Sequence record: DRR723986_4994
Direction: 5' to 3' (one strand)
DNA: 20,000 nt
Part shown: piece by piece, positions 8,870 to 16,612 of the stretch
How positions within the stretch are numbered: position 1 is the first letter of the stretch
Layout: every line of letters begins with the position of its first letter
Notes under the pieces: model-generated
The model's input: the letters and a program-made list of their open reading frames with translations, nothing else
Databases searched by the model: none
What the model was told of the DNA's origin: nothing
Translations under genes and position numbers: made by a program

Positions 8870-8904
8870 CATTTAATTAAGCAATCATAATTACAAATTC
8901 CCAA
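8870..8904. repeat. Degenerate heptamer tandem array (right arm, inverted relative to left arm)
   Basis: Minus strand directly after the dapD TAA reads TTGGGAA TTTGTAA TTATGAT TGCTTAA TTAAATG. Confidence 0.65.
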
Positions 8905-9714
8905 TTAAACCGCCACATCATTCTCCCTAAGCGCATCATTTAAAGAAGTCTTCTTATCTGTACTTTCTTTTCGTTGTCCGATAATTAGTGCACACGGAAC
9001 TTGGTAATCTCCTGCAGGGAATTTTTTAGTATATGATCCAGGAATTACTACGCTTCTTGGTGGAACATAGCCTTTCATCTCTTTTGGTTCTGAACCTGTC
9101 ACATCAATAATTTTAGTTGACATAGTAAGCACGACATTAGCGCCCAATACCGCTTCTTTACCAACTCTCACTCCTTCAACTACAATACATCTCGAACCGA
9201 TAAAGGCGTTATCTTCTATAATTACAGGTGCTGCCTGCAATGGTTCTAGCACTCCACCTATTCCAACTCCACCGCTTAGGTGCACATTTTTTCCTATTTG
9301 CGCACATGATCCCACCGTTGCCCAAGTATCTACCATAGTACCTTCATCTACATATGCTCCAATGTTCACATAAGAAGGCATCATTATCACTCCTTTAGAA
9401 ATGTATGCTCCGTATCTCGCAATAGCATGAGGTACTACTCTTATTCCTTTTTCTTTATAGCCCGTTTTCAAAGCCATTTTATCATGGAATTCAAAAGGTC
9501 CTACCTCAATCGTTTCCATTTTTCTAATTGGGAAATACATTACCACAGCTTTCTTCACCCACTCATTAACTTGCCAAGAGCCGTCAGATTTTGGTTCGGC
9601 TACTCTTAATTCACCCGAGTCAATTTGCTCAATTACTGAATTAATGGCGTTTCGTACTTCTGTTGTTTCTAGTTTAGAACGATCATTCCAAGCTGCTTCA
9701 ATGATACTTTGCAT
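8905..9714 (-). CDS. dapD: 2,3,4,5-tetrahydropyridine-2,6-dicarboxylate N-succinyltransferase
   Basis: WQVNEWVKKAV, MPSYVNIGAYVDEGTMVDTWATVGSCAQIGKNVHLSGGVGIGGVLEPLQA, and C-terminal KTSLNDALR. Confidence 0.97.
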   Translation of the reverse strand: MQSIIEAAWNDRSKLETTEVRNAINSVIEQIDSGELRVAEPKSDGSWQVNEWVKKAVVMYFPIRKMETIEVGPFEFHDKMALKTGYKEKGIRVVPHAIARYGAYISKGVIMMPSYVNIGAYVDEGTMVDTWATVGSCAQIGKNVHLSGGVGIGGVLEPLQAAPVIIEDNAFIGSRCIVVEGVRVGKEAVLGANVVLTMSTKIIDVTGSEPKEMKGYVPPRSVVIPGSYTKKFPAGDYQVPCALIIGQRKESTDKKTSLNDALRENDVAV

Positions 9715-9734
9715 AGTGTTGTAAAATTTGAGCC

Positions 9735-9773
9735 CAAAGATAGAAATGCTTAATTTTATCTTGCGTAATTTTG
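9735..9773. promoter_or_regulatory. Divergent Bacteroidota -7 elements for dapD (minus, TATCTTTG 9742-9735) and ybaB (plus, TAATTTTG 9766-9773)
   Basis: Two back-to-back TAnnTTTG matches in the 88-bp divergent intergenic region. Confidence 0.6.
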
Positions 9774-9802
9774 AGTTTAATATTTAATCAAACTTTAAAA
9801 GA

Positions 9803-10087
9803 ATGTTCGGAAATAATATGATGAAGAAGTTGCAGGCCATGCAACAGCAAGTTGAGGAAACTAAACAACGTTTGAATAACGTTAAAGTGACAGGTGAATC
9901 TGGACCTGTTAAAGTTGAGGTAAACGGTAATGGAGTGGTTTTAGACATTGTTGCACCGGATGGCCTAGAAAAAGAAGAGCTGACTGACCATATTATCATT
10001 GCTTCGAATAAAGCTTTAGAACAAGCCAATAATATGAAAGAACTTGAAATGGCGAAATCTGCTAAAGGATTAATGCCAGGCATGTAG
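9803..10087 (+). CDS. YbaB/EbfC family nucleoid-associated protein
   Basis: MMKKLQAMQQQVEE, VTGESG.VKVEVNGN, EELTD.IIIA.NKAL, and C-terminal GLMPGM. Confidence 0.9.
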   Translation: MFGNNMMKKLQAMQQQVEETKQRLNNVKVTGESGPVKVEVNGNGVVLDIVAPDGLEKEELTDHIIIASNKALEQANNMKELEMAKSAKGLMPGM

Positions 10088-10088
10088 C

Positions 10089-10862
10089 ATGGATATTTTT
10101 TTACTGATAGCAGTTGCTTTTGGTGCAAGTTGGTTGACTTTTTTCTCTGGCTTTGGCCTCGGAACATTACTGACACCTGTATTTATAATGTTGTTTAAAG
10201 ATCCCGTTTTGGCAATTGCTGGAACAGCGATTGTACATTTTTCTAATAATGTGTTCAAGTTTTTATTAATGCAAAGAAACGTGAATTGGAAAATTGTGAT
10301 TCCTTTCGGTTTAGCGGCCATTCCAGCAGCATTTTTAGGTGCGTTTTTAATCTCAAGTATTCAAGATATTACTTTGACTACGTATGCTATTGGTGAAAGT
10401 GCTTATCATATCACCTTGTTGAATCTCATATTTTCAATCGTGTTGCTGATTTTCGCACTGATTGAGCTCATACCAAGTTGGAGTTTAACTTTTTCTAAAC
10501 AAAAATTGTGGTTGGGAGGAGCTATTTCAGGATTTTTCGGTGGCCTTTCGGGACATCAAGGCGCTTTGAGATCTGCATTCCTATTAAAATATCAGCTAGA
10601 AAAAGAGGTGTTTATTGCAACAGGAATTGTTGTAGCGCTTGTCGTTGATTTGGTCAGAACTCCTATTTATTTTTCAAAGGTTGAAATATCGGATATCTCA
10701 GGCGGGTGGATGTATATTATTATCGCCTTGTCAGCTGCATTGATTGGAGCAATTCTCGGTAAATTGTTGTTGAAGAAAATCAAAATGCGTTTTTTGACCG
10801 TTTTTGTTTCTGTTGCCATGATCCTATTTGGTATAGCGCTAACTCTGGGCTTTTTAAATTAA
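10089..10862 (+). CDS. TauE/SafE (TSUP) family membrane transporter
   Basis: SGFGLGTLLTP and SGFFGGLSGHQGA glycine motifs in two repeats; about 8 TM helices. Confidence 0.85.
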   Translation: MDIFLLIAVAFGASWLTFFSGFGLGTLLTPVFIMLFKDPVLAIAGTAIVHFSNNVFKFLLMQRNVNWKIVIPFGLAAIPAAFLGAFLISSIQDITLTTYAIGESAYHITLLNLIFSIVLLIFALIELIPSWSLTFSKQKLWLGGAISGFFGGLSGHQGALRSAFLLKYQLEKEVFIATGIVVALVVDLVRTPIYFSKVEISDISGGWMYIIIALSAALIGAILGKLLLKKIKMRFLTVFVSVAMILFGIALTLGFLN

Positions 10863-10866
10863 GATT

Positions 10867-11418
10867 ATGCTAAAAAAAGAATTGAGAAAAAAATATAAAG
10901 ACTTACGTAAAGAATTATCCCACAAAGAGCGAGCGACTTTATCAAATCTCATTCTTGAAAGACTTACTGATAACTTCAAATTAGAAGGTAAAACGGTAAG
11001 TGTTTTTTTACCTATTGAACGCTTTTCTGAAATTATCACTTGGCCTTTAATGGATGATCCAGGCTATGTCAAAGTCTTGCCGGTTATTGACAGTGAAGGA
11101 GGTTTGAAACATCTAAAATATATTGGAAAAGAACAAATCAAAGTGACCGATTGGGGTATTCCTGAACCGCAATTCGGTGAGGCCTATCAAAGCAATGAAG
11201 TTGACCTGGTAATTGTACCTATGTTAGCCATGAATGATAAAGGCTATCGAGTAGGGTATGGTAAAGGATTTTATGACGGTTTTCTTAAATCTTGTCGTCC
11301 TGATTGTGTTTTTGTTGGAGTTAGTTATTACGATCAATTTGAAGAAATAGATGACTTACATAACAACGATATTCCATTAAACTTTCTAGTAACACCAAAC
11401 AAGATTTATTCCTTCTGA
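10867..11418 (+). CDS. 5-formyltetrahydrofolate cyclo-ligase
   Basis: KKELRK N-terminus, WGIPEP, DLVIVP, GYRVGYGKGFYD, and DIPL...VTP. Confidence 0.95.
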   Translation: MLKKELRKKYKDLRKELSHKERATLSNLILERLTDNFKLEGKTVSVFLPIERFSEIITWPLMDDPGYVKVLPVIDSEGGLKHLKYIGKEQIKVTDWGIPEPQFGEAYQSNEVDLVIVPMLAMNDKGYRVGYGKGFYDGFLKSCRPDCVFVGVSYYDQFEEIDDLHNNDIPLNFLVTPNKIYSF

Positions 11419-11519
11419 ACAATTTGGATTAATATTTGCTATCTTTCTGATAGAAATAATTTTCGTGTTTGTAAGCATAGCAAAATAATGCCGTCAAACA
11501 TGAAGCAAACTAAACTTTT

Positions 11520-12239
11520 ATGAAATTTTCTATTGCTGCCTTATTACTTATTTTTTCTGTCTCTGTGAGCTTTGCTTCTGAGAAAGCAGATCATTCTATT
11601 TTTGATGCTTTGTTAAAAAAGCACGTCTCTTCATCTGGGAATGTTGATTACAAAGGATTTAAGGCAGATATGAATAAGTTTGATGATTATCTAGTTGAAT
11701 TAAGAGATCATGCGCCAATGAAAGATTGGTCGAGCAATGAAAAAAAAGCCTACTACATTAATTGCTACAACGCTTACATGATTAAGTTTATTTTAACTAA
11801 ATATCCTGTAAGTTCTCCTAAAGATGTGAAATTTTCAGGGAAAGACGTTTGGCATTTTAGAATGGTTCAAGTCGGTCCACAAAAATATGATTTGACACAA
11901 GTTGAAGATAATATCTTAAGAAGAATGGGAGATCCACGAATTCATTTTGCAATTAACTGTGGAGCAAAATCTTGTCCTAAATTATTGAATGAGGCTTATG
12001 ATCCTGAAAAATTGAGTGCTCAATTAAGTTCGGTAACAAAAAAGTTTTTAGCCAATAAAACACACAATGAGTTAAGTCCTAAAAAAGTGAAAATCTCTAA
12101 GATATTTGAATGGTATGCTGAGGATTTTAATAAAAACGGAGAAACTCTAATCAAATTCTTAAACAAGTACAGTGATGTAACTATCAACGCTGATGCAAAG
12201 GTTGAATTCAAAGAATACAACTGGGCTTTGAACGAATAA
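11520..12239 (+). CDS. DUF547 domain-containing secreted protein
   Basis: Signal peptide; LLKKHV..G.VDY, AYYINCYNA, DPRIHFAINCGAKSCP, ISKIFEWYAEDF and YNWALN motifs. Confidence 0.92.
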   Translation: MKFSIAALLLIFSVSVSFASEKADHSIFDALLKKHVSSSGNVDYKGFKADMNKFDDYLVELRDHAPMKDWSSNEKKAYYINCYNAYMIKFILTKYPVSSPKDVKFSGKDVWHFRMVQVGPQKYDLTQVEDNILRRMGDPRIHFAINCGAKSCPKLLNEAYDPEKLSAQLSSVTKKFLANKTHNELSPKKVKISKIFEWYAEDFNKNGETLIKFLNKYSDVTINADAKVEFKEYNWALNE

Positions 12240-12242
12240 AAT

Positions 12243-12860
12243 ATGTCTGAAAAACTGCTAATTGTATTTGTAAAAAATATCCTGCTAGGAAAAGTTAAAA
12301 CTAGACTTGCAAAAACAATTGGAGATTTTGGAGCCTTTGAGGTCTATAAAGAACTCGTTCAAATAACAGAAGCGGAAACAGAGTGCCTTGATGGGGTTAC
12401 TGTTCATATCTATTTTTCTGATCAAATTATTGAATCAAAATGGCCTAACAAGCAAAAGTTTGTTCAGTCAGGAAAAGATTTAGGCGAGCGAATGCAGCAA
12501 GCATTTCAGCATGGTTTTGATCAAGGATTCACTAAAATTATCGGCGTTGGTTCAGACTTACCTGACTTGAATGCCGATTTGATGAAGGAGGGGTTAAACG
12601 CTCTTGAAAATAGTGATACGGTTTTTGGTCCTTCAGAAGATGGGGGGTATTATTTACTCGGAATGAAACGTATGATTAATTGCATTTTCGAAAACAAGGA
12701 GTGGAGTACATCAGGTTTACTTTCGACTACTACAACCGAACTAATTTCCAAACAGTATTCAATTCAATTACTTCCAGAACTTAATGATATAGATACGATC
12801 GAAGACTTAAAAGCTTCCTCGGTATCGGATAAATTTAAACACTTATATGAGCTATCTTGA
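12243..12860 (+). CDS. TIGR04282 family (DUF2064, CofC-like) transferase, arsenosugar-biosynthesis associated
   Basis: GKVKTRLA, Q.G.DLGERM, GSDLPDL, GPSEDGGYYLLG and DIDTIEDL motifs. Confidence 0.9.
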   Translation: MSEKLLIVFVKNILLGKVKTRLAKTIGDFGAFEVYKELVQITEAETECLDGVTVHIYFSDQIIESKWPNKQKFVQSGKDLGERMQQAFQHGFDQGFTKIIGVGSDLPDLNADLMKEGLNALENSDTVFGPSEDGGYYLLGMKRMINCIFENKEWSTSGLLSTTTTELISKQYSIQLLPELNDIDTIEDLKASSVSDKFKHLYELS

Positions 12861-13815
12861 CGCTACAAATGATCTTTACAAGGCAGCGGCTTTGACACCA
12901 GATGTTGGATTATGCTGCACAACCAACCCAATTTGGCAACTTCCAGGTTTAGATATTCCTGTGATCATGCAAGAAATGAATTATGGTTGCGGTAGTACCG
13001 TAAATCCAACGGACTTGGTTAATGATCCTAAAATTCTTTATGTTGGAGTAGGCGGAGGAATGGAATTGTTACAATTTGCCTATTTCAATAGGAACAAAGG
13101 AGGCGTAGTTGGGATAGATGTATTGGATGAGATGCTGGAAGCTTCAAGAAAGAATTTTATTGAAGCCGAAAAACTAAACCCTTGGTTTAAATCTGACTTT
13201 GTTGAATTGAAAAAAGGGGATGCTTTGAATTTGCCGGTTGAGGATAATTCAATTGATGTAGCGGCGCAAAACTGTGTGTTCAATATTTTTAAGTTGGATG
13301 ATTTAAGTAAGGCGCTTTCTGAAATCTATCGTGTATTAAAACCAGGAGGCCGGTTGGTGATGTCGGATCCGACTTGTGAGCAAGAGATGTCTCAAGAATT
13401 AAGAGATGATGATAAATTGAGAGCAGCCTGTTTATCGGGAGCTATTCCATTGAAGGATTATATCAAGGCAATTACGGATGCAGGTTTCGCAACGATTGAA
13501 GTCAGAGCGAAAAGAGCGTACCGCGTATTATCTCCAGAGCATTACAATACGGATGAATTGATTTTTATTGAATCTGTTGAAGTTTGTGCTATCAAAGATC
13601 CTATGCCATCAGATGGACCATGTGTCTTTACAGGGAAAACTGCCATATACTATGGAGGAGACGAATTGTTTGATGATGGAAAGGGTCACACACTGCTTGT
13701 CAACCAACCAATAGCTGTATGCGACAAAACTGCAGGTCAATTGGCCGATTTAAATAGAAAAGACATTTATATCTCGGAATCGACATTCCACTACAATGGC
13801 GGTGGATGCTGTTAA
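12847..13815 (+). CDS. arsM: Arsenite S-adenosylmethionine methyltransferase (arsenosugar-cluster type)
   Basis: GLCC, NYGCG, SAM motif LYVGVGGG, QNCVFNI, RVLKPGGRLVMSD, ACLSGA, GPC, VCDKT and C-terminal GGGCC. Overlaps the upstream transferase gene. Confidence 0.9.
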   Translation: MSYLDATNDLYKAAALTPDVGLCCTTNPIWQLPGLDIPVIMQEMNYGCGSTVNPTDLVNDPKILYVGVGGGMELLQFAYFNRNKGGVVGIDVLDEMLEASRKNFIEAEKLNPWFKSDFVELKKGDALNLPVEDNSIDVAAQNCVFNIFKLDDLSKALSEIYRVLKPGGRLVMSDPTCEQEMSQELRDDDKLRAACLSGAIPLKDYIKAITDAGFATIEVRAKRAYRVLSPEHYNTDELIFIESVEVCAIKDPMPSDGPCVFTGKTAIYYGGDELFDDGKGHTLLVNQPIAVCDKTAGQLADLNRKDIYISESTFHYNGGGCC

Positions 13816-13834
13816 TGAAAATAAAAGTATAATG

Positions 13835-13869
13835 AAAAGCCTTCTTAATTAATTTTAAGAGGGCTTTTT
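13835..13869. terminator. Bidirectional rho-independent terminator between arsM and the T9SS cargo gene
   Basis: AAAAGCCTTCTTAA-TTAATT-TTAAGAGGGCTTTT(T) hairpin with A/T tracts on both sides, between convergent genes. Confidence 0.8.
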
Positions 13870-16426
13870 ACTTCAATACAGTGACATGTCCTCTAATGGT
13901 ATGTAGTTTATCTGACTGATCTTCACCAAATTCAATTTGCCAGATATAAACTCCATCAGGAACAATCTCTCCTCCGTAAACACCATCCCAACCATAGTCA
14001 GGGTTATACGTTTCAAAAACTACTTCACCGTATCTGTTAAAAATTAACATGTGGAAGTCGTAGTAATCATAACCACTCGTGAAAACAGGTCTAAAGCTGT
14101 TGTTAAATTGATCTCCATTTGGTGTAAATGAATTTGGGATATAATATGTTAATACATCATTTATTGTTACAAGCTGTGTGGTCGTATTCGAACAAAGCAA
14201 ATCATCAGAGTATGCAGTCAACGATACCGTGTACCAGGCTGGCACATCAGGGTAGACATAATTAGGCTCTTCGTCAGTACTAGTTCCTAAACTATCTCCA
14301 AAATCCCAGAAATAGGTATCACCCTTTTGTGAGTAGTTGTTAAATCTAATATCTGTGAATTCAATATTCGTTACAGATGGCGAGGGAACGAATGATGCAA
14401 CAGGCATGGCTGTGATATCAATATAGTCATCATAAGTTTCTGAAGAAATACAACCAGCTTCTGATTCAACAGTAAGCGTTACATCATAAATTCCTGCCAT
14501 ATAGCCATTTGCAACTGTTCCGCATTGACTTGAACTTGAGCCGTTACCGAAATTCCAAGTGCAAATCTGAGCCGGATCAGTTGATACAGCAGTGAAGTTG
14601 ACAGATTTCGGTTCACATCCAGTAAATACATCCGCGTTAAAATTAGCATCTGGCATTTCGTGAATCGTAATTTGTAAATTTGATGAATCTGGGCATAAAC
14701 CTGCTGCTGAAGTATTATAATGAACTAGGTATTGGCCAGGTTCTGACCCAGCTAAGTCGATATCACCTGTGTTAGGATTTAAACTCAACACCGATCCACC
14801 AGAAACTAAATCATAAGAAAAAGTTCCACCAGTAGTTCCCATAATATTTGCTACCGGATTATTATCTAGTTTACAATATTCAATACCAGCAGTATAATTA
14901 AACGTTGGATCATCTTGAGGTAAAACCGTCACATCAACTTGATCAGTGTTTTCACAACCATTCAAATCAGTTCCGACAACCGTATATGTTAAGGTGTTTA
15001 CAGGAACGAACTGCGTGTTATCTGTAATTCCATTATCCCATACATAAGTATCAGCTCCAGAACCTGCTAAAGTAACTGCAACCCCTGCACAAACAGCCTG
15101 ATCAATACCTGCATCAACTACCGGTAAATCATGAATGTCAACCGTAAAGGTGGAATCATAAGGACAAGCAGGATTTGGTGTATAGGTAATATCATAGGTT
15201 CCTGGTGTGGAGGTAGATGGTGTAATTGCTCCCGTGGTTGGGTCAATCGTAATTCCAGGTGCGGTAGTAAAGGCACCGCCTAAGGTTCCTGTCATATTCG
15301 CATTAACAACAGGTTCATCAACACACATTGAAGTTAATGGGTAATCAAACCATGGATCAAGCGGGTTAACTGTTACTAAAATATCTGCGGTACCTGAGCA
15401 ACCCGAATTAGTTTCGGTAATATTTGCCGTATAAAGAGTGGTTGTGATTGGATAAGCAGAAGTAAATTGTGAGTTAGGATTTGGTAATCCAGCCGCTGGT
15501 GTCCAAGATAATTGATAATTCGCCGCAGGAATTGAAGGTTGAGGTGATAACAACATAGCTAAAGTAGTACTATCTCCGCAATCAAAAGTACTTGGTGTTG
15601 CAAAGGCTCCTAAGTTAAACTGGTTCACAGTAACTGGAATTACCGCCGTACATGAATCATCCGTTCCGTTTGTGTATAGAACGGTGTAATCTTGAGTTGT
15701 TGTAGGGAAAACTGTGGTGTCTTGCGAAGCTAATACGCCGTTCCATTCGTAATAATAAGCCCCAGAACAATTGATTGGTTGGATTTCAACATTGTCAATT
15801 CCCCAGTGATCATAATTTGCTGAACTTCCTGCATCTTGTCTCCATTGGAACATAGTGTTTGCAGACCAAGCTGCTGCTGGTAAGGTGAAACAGTAATTGG
15901 CCCAGCTGTAATAAGGTCCTGTACCTGTACTATTGGGTTGAAAATAAAAGATATCTACCCAAGTTGCTCCATTATCAATAGAGTATCTGAAATAGACTCC
16001 CTCATTTGCTTGATCAGGATCTTCACAATCATTACAACCGCAAGGGTCATCATCCGCCATATCAAAATCAAAGCAAACCTGAGCTCCGCATGATAGATCA
16101 AAACCAACTGTGTTTAATTGTCGTGGTTGTGTAGCAGAACTTCCCATCCACGCAGATGATGTTCCGTCTAAAGAAGGACCACATGGATTGTTATACATTA
16201 CTGTTTGAGTAGATGTCCAACCAGCCCCTAAAGAGTTTAGATTGAAATCAGCAAATAGGGCAGGGCCTTGGGCAAAACCTTGTGATTGCAGATCTACCTG
16301 TTCACCGCAATTAATTGTTACGGGAACCGCTGGAGAAGCCGTTGCATTTACCACGCATTGTGAAAATGCCTGGTTCAGACTAAAAAATCCTATTAGTAAT
16401 AAATTAATTCGAAGAAAATTCTTCAT
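13868..16426 (-). CDS. T9SS type-B sorting (gliding-motility C-terminal) domain surface protein with Reelin-like N-terminal domain, Ig-like and PKD repeats
   Basis: Signal peptide ending S|Q; VDAGIDQAVC-type Ig repeats; PKD motifs WNFGNG and WDFGDS; C-terminal YIPNSFTPNGD..N...IFNRYG...WDG...GVY...GHVTV. Confidence 0.9.
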   Translation of the reverse strand: MKNFLRINLLLIGFFSLNQAFSQCVVNATASPAVPVTINCGEQVDLQSQGFAQGPALFADFNLNSLGAGWTSTQTVMYNNPCGPSLDGTSSAWMGSSATQPRQLNTVGFDLSCGAQVCFDFDMADDDPCGCNDCEDPDQANEGVYFRYSIDNGATWVDIFYFQPNSTGTGPYYSWANYCFTLPAAAWSANTMFQWRQDAGSSANYDHWGIDNVEIQPINCSGAYYYEWNGVLASQDTTVFPTTTQDYTVLYTNGTDDSCTAVIPVTVNQFNLGAFATPSTFDCGDSTTLAMLLSPQPSIPAANYQLSWTPAAGLPNPNSQFTSAYPITTTLYTANITETNSGCSGTADILVTVNPLDPWFDYPLTSMCVDEPVVNANMTGTLGGAFTTAPGITIDPTTGAITPSTSTPGTYDITYTPNPACPYDSTFTVDIHDLPVVDAGIDQAVCAGVAVTLAGSGADTYVWDNGITDNTQFVPVNTLTYTVVGTDLNGCENTDQVDVTVLPQDDPTFNYTAGIEYCKLDNNPVANIMGTTGGTFSYDLVSGGSVLSLNPNTGDIDLAGSEPGQYLVHYNTSAAGLCPDSSNLQITIHEMPDANFNADVFTGCEPKSVNFTAVSTDPAQICTWNFGNGSSSSQCGTVANGYMAGIYDVTLTVESEAGCISSETYDDYIDITAMPVASFVPSPSVTNIEFTDIRFNNYSQKGDTYFWDFGDSLGTSTDEEPNYVYPDVPAWYTVSLTAYSDDLLCSNTTTQLVTINDVLTYYIPNSFTPNGDQFNNSFRPVFTSGYDYYDFHMLIFNRYGEVVFETYNPDYGWDGVYGGEIVPDGVYIWQIEFGEDQSDKLHTIRGHVTVLK

Positions 16427-16447
16427 TTCGTTTGTCGTTTAGTTACA

Positions 16448-16478
16448 CAAAATTAAAACAAGCTTAAACTTTAAACAA
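16448..16478 (-). promoter_or_regulatory. Bacteroidota sigma-A promoter of the T9SS cargo gene
   Basis: Minus strand TTG (16478-16476), 20-nt spacer, TAATTTTG (16455-16448). Confidence 0.55.
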
Positions 16479-16564
16479 GACAAATTTTTAGCTTAGTTGG
16501 AATCTTGTTGCATTTGTTACGTAAACGCTGACGTTTAGTAAATAGTTGCTTATTTTTTTAACAT

Positions 16565-16591
16565 AAAAAAAGGCTGGTGTTAAACCAGCCC
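16565..16591 (-). terminator. Rho-independent terminator ending the ftsH-cdsA-psd-small ORF unit
   Basis: Minus strand GGCTGGT-TTAAC-ACCAGCC followed by T7. Confidence 0.85.
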
Positions 16592-16612
16592 TATTTTCTT
16601 AGTTAAAAAGAT

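Noticed and set aside
8682-8876. 64-aa plus-strand ORF inside the heptamer-flanked cassette
   Set aside because: Antisense to the conserved four-helix-bundle frame, with no independent support.
8468-8904. Cassette as a classical IS, CRISPR array or DGR
   Set aside because: No transposase, no repeat-spacer structure, and no reverse transcriptase or TR/VR pair in the window.
9427-13283. Antisense ORFs 9427-9609, 9784-10176, 10070-10321, 10854-11039, 12020-12220 and 13080-13283
   Set aside because: All lie opposite confidently identified genes and lack motifs.
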